Source: Klebsormidium nitens (Eukaryota; Plantae; Klebsormidiophyceae). From it: 64,000 bases of DNA. The stretch covers positions 172,959-236,958 of the forward strand of contig DF237025.1 of assembly GCA_000708835.1 (NCBI GenBank). The letters are read 5' to 3'. Each line of letters opens with the position of its first letter. Position 1 is the stretch's first letter. The position numbers and the translations under genes are program-made. The notes below the pieces were generated by a model. The model had not been told where the DNA came from and did no database searches. It saw only the letters and a list, made by a program, of their open reading frames with translations. Below are positions 11,688 to 23,589 of this stretch, piece after piece.

Positions 11688-14004
11688 CTACAAGGACGGA
11701 TCCTTAATGACCTGAGGAACGAAGTCCGGCTTCACATACTCGCTCAGTAGCTTCGCATACATCTCATAGCGTGCCGTCAACCGAAACCCCCACTTGTCCT
11801 TCACCTGCTGGCAAAGGTTGAGATCCATATCTGCAATCATGAGCCCGTCGCGACACCGCGATAGGCTGGGCGTCCGAGAAGCGTCCGGCCCTGCGAAGTA
11901 GCTCGACCCGTAAAAGTGTCCGAAGTCCTTGTGCGCGCCCTTGCCGTCGCCGGATGTGAACGCGTTGGGGAAGGTTTCGGTGCCGACGCGGTTGATCGCG
12001 GCCACGAAATACGTGTTGGCAATTGCGGCATTGCGCGCCTAGGAAGGGAACATGAGAAGAAACGTTATGAAGGAAGAAACCACGGGTCATTTCGCAAGCA
12101 TAAGATTTTGTCCAGGCCCAATCGACCCTCTGAAGTAAAGTCGAGGCCGACCTTCATACTCTGATCGTGTCTGTAAAGCCCATGTTGTGTCAACAAGGAC
12201 ATGGACTTTTCTGCTGCACGACCCACTTAAGTGATCGACCGCCAAACCTCATGATTGCAACATCCAAGACCAATTTGAGCACCAGAAAAAGGTGTCCCCA
12301 AGCCCCACCTCAACGGACCACATCGGTTCGCTCAGCTCCCCCACTGTTGCTGACGGGTTGAACACAATCTCCGCTCCATTGAGACCAAAGCCCATCCAGT
12401 TAAGGGGATGATGCCGCCCGTAACAGATGTTGATCGCGATCTTTCCAAAGGCAGTTTCGAAGACAGGATGTCCGGTGTTCCCCTCCAAGTAGTAGGTGCT
12501 CTCGTTGAAGTCACCGACCCGTGGGATGTGATTCTGCATGGAATAGAAAGGGGTTCCGCGTATGAGGAAAGTTCTCACAAAATGGCGAACTTTTTGAATC
12601 AAAGGCTTTGGAAGAGGTTTTGTGGCTCAGATTCAAGGCAAGAACTTTTATCGGGGCAATTTGGCCACAGGAGAACGAGGATGCTTGAGCAGATCTATGA
12701 TCTTTTCACTGTCGCGTATTCAAGATTGAGATGGGGGTATTCAATTCTCGAATGATGAATAGGAGTGGACCATGTTCAATCAACTGCGGCTCTGCTGCGC
12801 TCAAAGGTTTCTTGCAGGCAATCGAACATGAACTGCTTGAATAGGCACTACCATGACACCAGCTTCTCTTCCACGGACAAACCTCCAGATTATCGAAGAA
12901 CCAACTCTCACCAACCCACCTTCCGGTGCTTCCCGATCACGTTGCCGTTGTTTCCAATGACAACAGCTGTGTTCCAGATCGTTCCCCCATGCGCTTCGTC
13001 CCTTTCCAAGATCGGGCTGACTAACACCATGTTGTGTTTTCGCGCCAGGTCTTGGCAGAAGCGAGTGCTCGGGCCGGTCTCGGCACTCTCAGCAAACTCA
13101 GACCACTCCCTTTCTCTGGTGCAGAATGCAAAGGGCATCGGCCAAGCCTCCTGTAAAGTAAGATTTATTAAGATTAAAAACATCAGTAAAACAGACAAAA
13201 TTATCAGGAGCATCATTCAAATACTAATTTGTTGTGATGATAAAGTAAGGTGCAGATTGGTAATCATCGGAAAGGGCGGGACGTGTTCCGCGAAGTGGAA
13301 GTGACCTTTTCCTGTCCTTCACACATGGGGCAGGCTAGAAGGTCGCGCGTTTTGAGAAACTCAATCAGGGGAGCGATGTTGAGGCAAACCGTTGCTAGAA
13401 CGCATCCTTGGCTTCGAGGGCATACCTTCTGCAGGCTTCACAGTCCCTGTTTCCATGTGGCAACTTGGCAAAACATGCGGTGGCGATGCGCCAATTGACT
13501 GGGATAGTCCAACCCTGAGTTACTGCTTTCAAACCCTAATCTCAACCTCTTTCAGAAACCCTGCGAGCTCACCTGCAAACACAGGATCTTCACACTCGCT
13601 GCCCCCGCCGCCTCAACGATGCTCTTTACCCGGTTGAAGATTGCCTGCCGCTGCTTCGCGTAGGGCGCGGTCGTCGGCAGCACGATCGCATTCTGAACCA
13701 CCCCAACCCTAACAACCCTCGGCGCCCTCAATTGCTCAGCCGCTGCTGAGAACTGATAAGCCTGGATGTCGAAGTCTTGCTTTTCAGCAGAGGAAAGAAC
13801 TTCTTCTGAGAGGGGGAGCTCAGAGACGGGCTTGCCGCTTTTCGATCCGTGCAGGACGCGCAGCGCCTCTTCGAGCTTGTCAGAGGGGACATACTCTTTC
13901 AGGAGCTGCTCGAGCGACTCGAAGCCAGCTAGGGAGCCTGGGGTCGTGGCGGGGCGCTTGCCTGAGCTGGGGGGACGAGCTCCATCGGCCTCGAGGGGCG
14001 CCAT
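11688..14004 (-). CDS. PYD3: Beta-ureidopropionase (beta-alanine synthase, nitrilase superfamily), about 412 aa; exons 14004-13573, 13150-12920, 12533-12309, 12038-11688
   Basis: Catalytic triad motifs [23 protein letters not shown] and [13 protein letters not shown] are present, plus VFNPSATVG and [18 protein letters not shown]. Canonical GT-AG introns, 1239 nt in frame. Confidence 0.95.
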
Positions 14005-14395
14005 CTTTGCACTTCAGATCTCCAGTGATGCTTCCCTAGGTCCTGTACTCCTGTGTGCAGCGCTCTTGAAGGAGAAGATAATTTGAATTAAATGGTACAT
14101 GACTCATGAGTGCATCTCTTTCCCCCTTCCCCTGATGAAGAAGCCAAGCGAAATCTACGGGACCCGGCAACGCAACTTAAAAGCGGAAGTTCTAGGCGTC
14201 CTCGTTCAAGGCTCAGAGAGTCATTCCTTTGAACCCTTAAACTTTTGAAGCCCATGTGCAACTTGGAACACTGCTCAAGCAATGTGAAACAAACCATGTG
14301 AGCTTCTGCTTCATGCAAATGCTCTTGGCGGGTTGCATGGCCCGGGGCCGTAGCTAGGCTGCAGAAAAAAAAAAGCTGTCCTTCTCTGGGCATGC
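14005..14395. promoter_or_regulatory. Compact divergent (head-to-head) promoter region shared by PYD3 and the ASHH1-like gene
   Basis: Only 391 bp separate the PYD3 ATG (14004, -) from the proposed SET-gene ATG (14396, +). Individual cis-elements were not identified. Confidence 0.45.
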
Positions 14396-17300
14396 ATGGA
14401 TCTCCTGACGGACGCGATTGGTCTTCTGGCATCTGATGGCGAGGAACGGAAACCAGCTGCACGGGCTCGAGGAATTGAGAAGCGGTCCGAATCGCCGTCC
14501 GACTTTATCAGCCAAGAGGACAGCATTCCCTTTGGGCCGATCTTCCCTCTCCCCCAGTTCGGCGAGGGCGCTGATCGGTTGATAGGGGTGTCCGACTTTA
14601 GTTTACCGCCAGACTTTGAGAAGCGTTTCCTCTGGTATCAGAAGCGAACGGAGAAGCACTATGAACGGCAGGGCAAGCCCCTGCCTTCAAAGACGCTCAC
14701 AAGCAAAGATGAAAGGAATATGGCCAAAGCGGAGAAGGAGGGGTTGAGCAACGGAGAGGGGGGGCTTGCGATTGTTGGACGAGGTGAGGGCGTGCTACGA
14801 CTTGGGCTTCAGAACATTACTTTATCTTAACTGGTTGTAAAGTTAGTCGATGGCTGGGTGGTTTTACGTCACTCCTGCTTTGAAAGATGATTACAAGTCT
14901 GGTGGAATGCAGGACATTTTTACACCGTTGAACATGTAGTCAAGTCCTTGGCGCGGAGCCAGAGTAGCCCAGCTACGGTGTTGGCAAGTAGCAGGTCCCG
15001 CCTCCGTTGAAACCCCACTACATTAAGTTCCTTTCTAGTTCATGCCCCTCTGAAATCCCTCCAATCCCTGGTCCATGAAAAATCCTGAAGAAAAGTCCCG
15101 GAAAGTCCATGTTTCTGGTCTTACCCCTGTTCTAAATGACACTTCTCCCCAAATCACTCCTGAGCACTTTTAGAAAAGTCCAAGACGATTCAAAGTTATC
15201 GAACCACAGATTCTCTCGACAACAAACGTTAACCAGACAGAAATTTGTAAACATAGGTCGGAGCGGTGGCTCCGGCAACAAGCCCCCCGCCTACAAGCAC
15301 CTGAGGAGGAACACATTCTTCCGGAGGAGCCATGTTGTTCTGCCCCCCGACGAGATCCAGGTGTGCGAGTGCCGCCCGAGCGAGGGATGTGCGTTGGACC
15401 ACTGCTTGAATGCAGTCACGCACTGGGAGTGCACGCCGGGGTATTGCCCGTGCGGGGAAGAGTGCCAGAACCAGGTGAGGACTGTGATCCACGTAATCGT
15501 CAAAAACGTGAGAGACAAGTTTCGAATTGAGGAACTGATCCAAATGGTGCGAGACCATTGCAGATGGTGGTATGGTGTATGACTTTAGAAACAGGAACGT
15601 AGGAGACAAGGACAGGGGTCGATTGTGTGTCAATGTGTCCTCGTTATACTCAGATTAGCGAGGGATCCTGATATTAGTTCGTAGGCTTCGTTAACCCACT
15701 TTGATTCCTCGCTCGTCAGTGCCAGCATTTCATGTGCATTCTCTCCAGACAAAGATAGATAGCCCATAGAGTGGAAACCGGCTATTGTCTCTCCTGTTCG
15801 GAACAGGACGTTTTGGGCGCAGTGTCATTTCATTGAGCATCCCATGCCCATTCTATGGTCCAAATCCTTTTGGAAACCGGGTGTAATAACATCAAAGTGA
15901 ATCTGTAAAGCGTGTAGATGGGGGTTCCTCTTCGCTTGAAATGCCCCCATTACTTCGTTCCGTGCAGCGCTTTCAGCGATGTCAGTACGCAGACGTCAAG
16001 CCATGCAAAACGGAGGGGAGGGGTTGGGGTCTCTATGCGCAGGAAGATATCAAGGTGAGGTCGTATCTACTTGCCCGAAACTTTGAAGTGAATCTACCTT
16101 CTTTTCTACCTCCCTTCTCTTCCTCCTCTTTCAACTCTTGTTCGAGAAGCCGGTAGGTCGTGAGTAGTACAAACGGATTGGAAGACAATACTCTCAATTT
16201 ACTCTGCCCGAGACATGACATCCAGGAAGGCACGCGGCTTCGATCTTGATTCACAGAATTCAACGTGAAGAGTTAATGGAACGGAGTACATTGTTGCAAT
16301 CCGTGCGGTGGATCCTGAACCAACAAATCCCAAATTTCCTCGGTCGAAATCCGCGGTTGGACAGAGAAAAACTGCTCCTGGAACGCAGGCTGGCCAGTTC
16401 GTGGTGGAGTACTGCGGGGAGATCATCAACGACAGGGAGGCCGTCAAGCGCTCCGAGGACTACCGACGGGAGGGTGAGCAGCCTCATCTGGGCCTGCTCT
16501 ACACGTCCGCTGCCTGTGGGTACGCTTGTCAAAGGCTTGAAAGCGGATGCTCCAGTTAACGCATGAAAGAACAACGTGAGGGGTATATTGCGTTTCGTAA
16601 ACCTCAAGGGGTGACGAGTCCACAGCTGAATCAGGTCAGGCAGCGAGTCGAGGCTGCGCGCCGCATTCGACAGGTGGACGAGGGTCCGTTTGACACTTGA
16701 AGATCAATTGAGAGTTCCTAAAATAATGCAAATGCATTGGTCGGGCTAACGTGACTGCAAGGTATTGCCGTTGCTACTGAATACACGCATGAAAGCACCC
16801 ATCTTAGCGACAAGCAAAGTGTGCGTGCTCCAGCTCTCACGCCGCGCCTACAAAACGTTCCTTCTTCTCCAGGCCTGCGCGACCACTACATGCTCATTCT
16901 GAGCGGCTCGGAGGTTATTGACGCCACCAAGAAGGGCAGCTACGGCCGCTTCATCAACCACTCCTGGTGAGCGCTGCCGACGTCATCTGGCTTGCTGACG
17001 TCATCTTTGCTGGGCTGACGGCTTGAAGCCGTACTCCTTCTGGCGGGCCAGGGTTGTGGGTGGCTAAGCGATTGCTGAGTTCCGGGATGCAGCGTACGCG
17101 CAGGTCCCGTTTGGATTATGCGTACGATAATCGAAACGGCTATGTCCGGCTAGTTCGGACTTTCCTGCCCGGCTCCTTAGGCTCGCACAGGCCATCTCCA
17201 ACCTCGAAACCCTGTTAAAACCAGTCACTTCCATACTCCTAAGTGTCAAGTTCTTGATCGGCCGCAGCCCAAATCCAGTCAGTCTGACACTCATTACCCC

Positions 17301-19723
17301 ACCTCCGTTCCTTCAGTAACCCCAGCTGCGTAACCAAGAAGTGGAACGTGCTGGGCGAGGTGCGCGTCGGCGTGTTTGCGCACCGCGATATCCCACGCGG
17401 CGAGGAGCTGACGTACGACTACGACTTCGAGTGGTACGGCGGGGAGAAGGTGCGCTGCCGCTGCGGCGCGGCCAACTGCATTGGCTTCCTGGGCGCCAAG
17501 TCGAAGCGGTTCAAGGAGGATCTGGTGCTGTGGGAGGACGACGACGAACGGTGCGCGCTCGCCCCATTTTCGGGTCGCTTTTCAGAGGTTTCGGGGTTAA
17601 ATTTTCTTGTGAGGTTGTTCAGTGTTCTGTTTTGAGATTGTTTTCTCGCTCTGTGCCTTGAGCGCTACAAGGAGGACTTCACGCTGTGGAGGACGAGCTG
17701 AAGTTGTGCTTAGCGCTTTTTGGTAACTCGGGTTCTAGGGTTTGCACTTTGAGGATTCGAGAATTTGAGGGCATTGAGCAGATTCTGTGTTTTGTATCAA
17801 AGCCCGTCGAGGACCTCGTGCCATAGGACGACGATGATAAGCGCTGCCCGCGTGCACAAGTCTCGATTTTATGTCGAATTAGGTGTATGTTGAGTTAGAT
17901 CAGTTCCCCGGGCTCACACAAACTATGAACCTAAACCTAAAATTAACTTGCTCCGCACCTGTACCCACCCTAAACCCCCAAATTAACCCCATCCGTCCCC
18001 CGGGCATGACCTAACTCAACATAACCGTAACTCAACGTAGAATCGATGTTACTCTCGCATCCGCGCCTGCCCGCTTCTTGGGGTGCAGGATCTGAAGACT
18101 CAACATTCTGAGTCCTATCTGAAAAATTAAGTATTCCCTATGATTGTCCTGTCTTTCTTGTAGATGTTCTCTTTTCGTTGTTGTTTTTTTTTCTTTTGCC
18201 TGGTTTATCAATTTCTGCGTCCGCTGCTTAGCTTCGCCCTTGGCGATCGGTCTTCCCTTTCCCCCATTGTTGGTCCTTGTTTCGTCCACGCTTCTCTTGT
18301 TCCTTCGTGCTGTCGTTCCTGTTCCCCAATTCCGCTGTACCTTGTTTCTGGGAGCCGTTGGTTCTAATCGGCCGTTGCAATCGCCTCTGTGTAGTCGCTT
18401 GCCAGAAAAGCTGGTTATTGCCAATAATCGCGTCATTGAACGATGACGATCATAATCAGCATGCATGCCCTTCGTCATATCCGACCAAACCTTCCGGATA
18501 CGTCCTACATTACAGACGTCTCTCAAGTTCTCCGGCGTGGTTGTATCGAGCTTTTTCCACTCTACTCCTCTTCTGCGGCCACTGCCTGCTTGCAACCGAT
18601 CAGCTCGGCTGTAGGGCTGTATTTGCGTGCTTGTGGATCGAGTTTCTATACTTTGCCACAGAACTGAAAGCTCAAAAGCGTGGCAATCCAGGGAAGCGTA
18701 CGTCTCTCTGTTTGTTTCGTTTCTGTCGCTTGTCGCTGTTCTGAAGTGGTAGCTTTTGCCCTGTCGTCCAGATATGAGATCGACAACGTGCCCACTTATG
18801 ACTCGGACGACGAGCCTATCGGCGGGCGGCAGCACGCCTACTACTCGTCAGACGGGGAAGCGTTCTCGGGTGACTCTGGCGGCGTATTTGACACCCTCAG
18901 GAAGGGCGACTCTGCAGCCAGGCCGCTGACCCAGAAGGTCGCCCGTAAACGGAGTCCGGAACCCGGTGTTGAGAACGGGCGGCCGGCTTTGCCGCTGAAG
19001 AAAAGAAAAGTGGGGCAAAGAGTTGGGGACACGGAGACCCAGCAACTGGAGGGAGTGTCAGTCTTGGCAAATTCGGACGCGGCAATCGAAATTCCGACTT
19101 CTCAAGTTGTGCGGTCCAGTTTCGAAGTGTCTGCGTCAGTTGACGGAATCGCGATTGCGGGGGCTGGCCTGGCGGGGCGATCGACGGTTGTGGAGGGCCA
19201 ATCGCACGACCGGATGCGACCGGGGTCCAAGCCTGTGCGAAAGCGGGTTAAGAAGGAGGTTACTGGTTTGGCAGCCCGGTTAAGGGTGGTCAAGGAGCAC
19301 AAGAAGGTGGTTAGGGGCTCGGGGATCACGGGGGGCCGGTTGGTGGTTACGAAACCGAGTGCGAAGGCGCTGTTGAACGGTGGGCGGAGGGGAAGGTTGA
19401 GGAAAAACTTGGTGGTTAGGGATGCGTTAATCAAGAAGGTTAGTGCGGTCGAGTGGGTCCCGTCGGAGGCTGCAAGGAGGGAGATTCTGGCGAAGGAACG
19501 GGCGTTGTCCGAAGCGAGAGCGGATCTGGAGCGATTGGAAGAAGAGCTCAGACCGAAGATGCAAGCGTGCGTTGAGTCAAAAGGGGCATTAAATGTTGCG
19601 GATGCGAAGCGGTGGGTGAGCAGTGAATGCCTGGTTGCCAAAGTGGCGTTTGAGAGACACTTCGCATACATCATGCACGGGCTTGGACTTACGGACCTTG
19701 TATCTGCTGCTAGCTTGAAGTGA
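14396..19723 (+). CDS. ASHH1: AWS-SET-postSET histone lysine methyltransferase, ASHH1/SDG26 type, about 685 aa; exons 14396-14783, 15257-15474, 15968-16054, 16389-16473, 16873-16966, 17317-17550, 18772-19723
   Basis: AWS Cys cluster (CECRPSEGCALDHCLN...CTPGYCPCGEECQNQ), GRGWGL, VEYCGE, IDATKKGSYGRFINHSC, ELTYDY and postSET CRCGAANCIGFLG. The following AKSKRFKEDLVLWEDDDERYEIDNVPTYDSDDE resembles the ASHH1-specific tail. 2058 nt in frame. Start codon is less certain. Confidence 0.88.
17500..17850 (+). repeat. Degenerate copies of the ASHH1 exon-6 3' end inside the following intron
   Basis: The true end GCGGTTCAAGGAGGATCTGGTGCTGTGGGAGGACGACGACGAACG|GT is echoed at about 17660-17705 (GCGCTACAAGGAGGACTTCACGCTGTGGAGGACGAG) and about 17808-17850 (GAGGACCTCGTGCCATAGGACGACGATGATAAGCG). 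Confidence 0.7.
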
Positions 19724-21222
19724 AGATACAGATTAAGCAAGACTGCAACCGTCAGGGGTGAAAACACGCCTTCGAATGTGTTGCGACCAGCTATGCCTAC
19801 CAAGTAAGCCTTGAAAAGCGATGCGCCTGCCATGCAGTGCCTGAAATATTGAAAATGTCGGACACGCTAACCCGGCAACTCGTTGCGGACTCTCTAGCTT
19901 CAAAGCCGCCTTATACTCCACTTTGTGGCCACGAAATGAAGCCGGCTGCAGGCACGTAGAAACGACAGCGCGACGGTCGTGTCTCGGTGCATCGCAAAGT
20001 ACTGTTAAGTCACAGGTTGCGCGGCCCTGCCTATACTAACATCAAATTTAAGCAACGGCGAGCGCGCAGTGCACATTTGGGGCAGATGGGCGAGTCCGGT
20101 TCTAAGTTAGTACTAGCAAAAGCACATGCAGGCTGCCATATGTGGCATGAGCTGTGACTAGCCATAAGTTTGTCAACGGGGCCGGGCGCGAGGCCAATCC
20201 GCGTATGGACTCTCGAGCTAGATCGTTCAAATGATGCGTGCTCGCATGTGACATGTGCCATGTATATGGACTCATTCACAGCTCATGCAATCGCTGAGCG
20301 CGCTTTCTCAATGCCACGGCCCATGCTGGTGTACCTCACGCGTTAAGCTTGAGCTACCGGCCTGTGCCATGTGAGCGCGGGGCCCGCGCAGCCCTGCCAG
20401 TGAGGCTGCCTGTACGTAGGCACCATGATGTTCATATGCTGGCACGTGTTCCACACATAAGTCAATGATGCGTGGGAGATATAGCTTAGTTTGTTTTTGA
20501 ATAATCAAGTGCACAGGCGTTGCTTTGAACACCGTCGAAATTTGTTGAATGCATTGCGGCGCACGTACCTATATATATATTGAGCAGTGGGACCGTCCCT
20601 TTCGGAACCCAATATCTTCAAAAGCTCAAGCTTCAGGTTCAGCTGGCTCACACGGAGTCTCAAAAACTCAGAGACCACTTGCAGCTCACTGATTTTCATG
20701 ACTGTTTTAGCATTGGCCAATCGGGCCCCTCTGCAATCTACAATTGCAACGATACCTATCCTCCTGCACTCAACACCAAACATTGTCCTACGATGTGTTA
20801 CAATGTATGTTGTTCCCTTTCTAAGCTGCACCTAAGCAAAATCTGCGCATGCTAGCTAAGGCTAACTCTCTGTCTATACAAACTTTCTTTCTATCCTAAT
20901 CCTCTGATAAGCTCCGATCGGTTACAATGTGCTAAACTAAATTTCCCGGCCCGCCCTGGGGCTTGAACAACACAATTCTGCCGCGCATCCCAAAAAATCT
21001 GCACAACGTTTGTTCTTGACTGCCAAAACACACCCTGTCTAATCCGTTGATCCCGCAGCTGAGGTCGTCAGTGGAAGTATGGCTCCTCTCTCCCAAGTGC
21101 TTGGTCTACAGCTGTCCTCAACACTCTGCTCAGTCGAGGAACGCAAACACAATGGAATCTGCATGAGCCCTAGAAGCCAGTCATCTTCGAGAACATACAA
21201 CCCCTTTACAGACCCGTGCGGA

Positions 21223-23589
21223 TCAAAGTGGGAAGCCCCGGTTTGGAACCATGGTTCGCATAGCATTGAAATGCTGACCATTCCCATACCGGTTCGAATC
21301 AAAACCCCCAAGGTTCGGAGTATGCAGCTTCCCCCCCAGGTCGAGCGGCGGGCTGGCCTGGTAAACTACGGGGTCAAGGTTGACCTCTGTGCCGAACCGC
21401 GACTCCGGCTGGGCAAAATCCCGGTACTGGAGGCCCATGAGAATCGGGTTAAGGCCCGATAACGCCCCCGGAGGGCTCAACGAGATCCCCGTCTGCTCTC
21501 TAGAAACCCGCATGGGGTCTGAGTGGACGCTCACGCGCATGCTATCTGAATGCAATGGCAACCGCATGGTTTCCGGATGCATCGGCAACGACATGCCCCC
21601 CGTCAACCCCCCGTCAAACATTGACAAACCTGCGCCGCTGTGAGAACCCCCGTTTCGAGACCCTGTCTTCATCGCTGTGCCGTACTCCGCTTTAGAAGGC
21701 CCTAGCATCCCAGCTGCCTGGCCCGGCTTTGCCGAAGGGAGCGGGGCGCACGCGCTGTCTAGGGGGGCACGATCGGCAGGCCCCAGCTGCCCCCCGCTAA
21801 GCACTTTTTCGACGGCGGCCTGGCATAGGTGCCATTTGCCACTCCAAAGCAGTCCCACACTGCAACAAAGGAAGGAAGCGTTCGGATCTGCACAGGTTTT
21901 TTCCAGTGGGTGCTAATGCAGACCGGGCTTGGCCGTTTCTTGACACGCTAGGCCATAAAGTCGAGCTTGGAAAGACGACCTAAAGAGTTGCTGACCACCA
22001 TACGTTGAGAAGCAAATCCTTCAGAAGGTTTCGCTTGCTTCGGCATATAAGCACCACCAACCCGAATAAGCACCACCAACCCGAATGCTTTTAAAAACTC
22101 CTGCGAAAGGATCAAACAGCTGCTGTGAACGACTTTGGGAGTTGATTCAAGGAAAGCAACAGCGTCTCAAACACCAACTGGAAAAGCTTGCTTCCGACCA
22201 CAGGTGCAAGACTTACACACCAAATATAACTCCAAGTCAGGCAAAGCGGCAGACTTGGTTTCGACCGACGATGTTAAGATGTACCTTCCCAACAAGCAGG
22301 AAGAAGGAAAAGAGAGATGACTCGTCAGAATAGGAGGAAGAGCAAAGGAGGGGAGGAGAGAAGGGTAAAGAGAAGGAAAAAGGCAGATCATTGTCTTCCT
22401 TACCTGCCATACACAGGATTGATTGTCCGCCCGCATGCCTCATACAGCAATGACTGGAACAGCGCGGGGCGTTGCGCTTCTGGCACCGCACTGCAAAAGG
22501 CGGTCAGGCCGGCCCGACCAAAGAACTTGGACAGGAACACGGTAGCATAGCCCTGCAAACAAAGGTTGATTCCAATCGGGATGTATACAGCATCTGAGGG
22601 CAATCGAAGCTTGACTTTCTTTGCTCGGTCTGCCAAGAAGGTGAGCAACATGGACAATAGTGAGATACGATGCAAACGAAGATGGCACGAGAGCCCTTCT
22701 TGAATGAGCTTGCGTGGGCCAGCTGCAGTGAAATCTCCTGGAAGCTATACATAACTCGAGTGAAAGCAAACGTTAATGGACAGGGAGACAGTGGCATAAT
22801 CTGCAGAGGGTATGTCAATGGCAACTAACTCGCAGAGCTGGCAACCAACTCGCAGAGCAGAAACAGTTTTGAATATTGTGGGTTGGTAGAGTGCGCTTTG
22901 TCATGTCTGCAAAATGAAGAGCTCCCCCGGAAAGTGGACAATGGCAGATGGGATTTTAAGCTATCACAAGGACAATCTAGTCAGGAAAATGAACTCCGCC
23001 CTCCCAACCTCAGTACACACTAGGCAACGACGCTGCTAACATAGGCGATGATACCGCCGCTACCTAACTTGACATGCTAGTGAATGCAATTTTAGGCGCA
23101 AAATGGCACCACTATTGGCAGCAGCTCTGGAGCATGACAGCCTGTGTCAACCGTGCAAGATCTGGAAGTACAATAAGCTCGACATGCAAGTACTCTGCTT
23201 CAGCTGCTGCTGCTAACATCAACCGCAATTGCTCAGCAGTTTTAGCAGCGCTTCCGGTTCAGTACGTCAGAGACGGGAATGCACACAGAAATTCAAACCC
23301 CTCCAGTTGGAGCTCAAGGACACCAAAGATAGCAACAGAGAAGCTGGACAATCGGACTATGACAAAAACCATCCTGAGCAAGAGAAGGGGTCTTGCTGGA
23401 ACCATGTAGGAATCATGACCAGCTCGCACAGACGAACAATCGCAGCCAAAAGCAAGCGTCTGCTGTCGCACGAACACTTTTCAAACTGCGCACCTGTGCT
23501 TCCTGCCCCTCGATGCCGCTCAGGGAGCTTCTGAGAGGGCATTTGTCGCTGCAGCCTTTCCTAAGGACGCGGCACGCTACGCAGCTCAT
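21223..23589 (-). CDS. LBD: Class II LOB-domain (LBD37-42-like) transcription factor, about 293 aa; exons 23589-23494, 22552-22404, 21859-21223
   Basis: Spliced N-terminus [17 protein letters not shown] (CX2CX6CX3C) ...EAQ|[15 protein letters not shown]...[23 protein letters not shown]|[23 protein letters not shown] is the class II LOB signature. Phases 0 and 2 are consistent, 882 nt. Confidence 0.92.

Noticed and set aside
18032-18835. 267-aa minus-strand ORF within the last ASHH1 intron
   Set aside because: It arises from the reverse complement of a T/C-rich intron, giving K/R/E/T-biased low-complexity sequence with no motif.
19102-19833. 243-aa antisense ORF over the ASHH1 last exon (and similar shadow ORFs over UGP3, SART3 and NOS)
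   Set aside because: Typical antisense shadows of GC-rich coding sequence.
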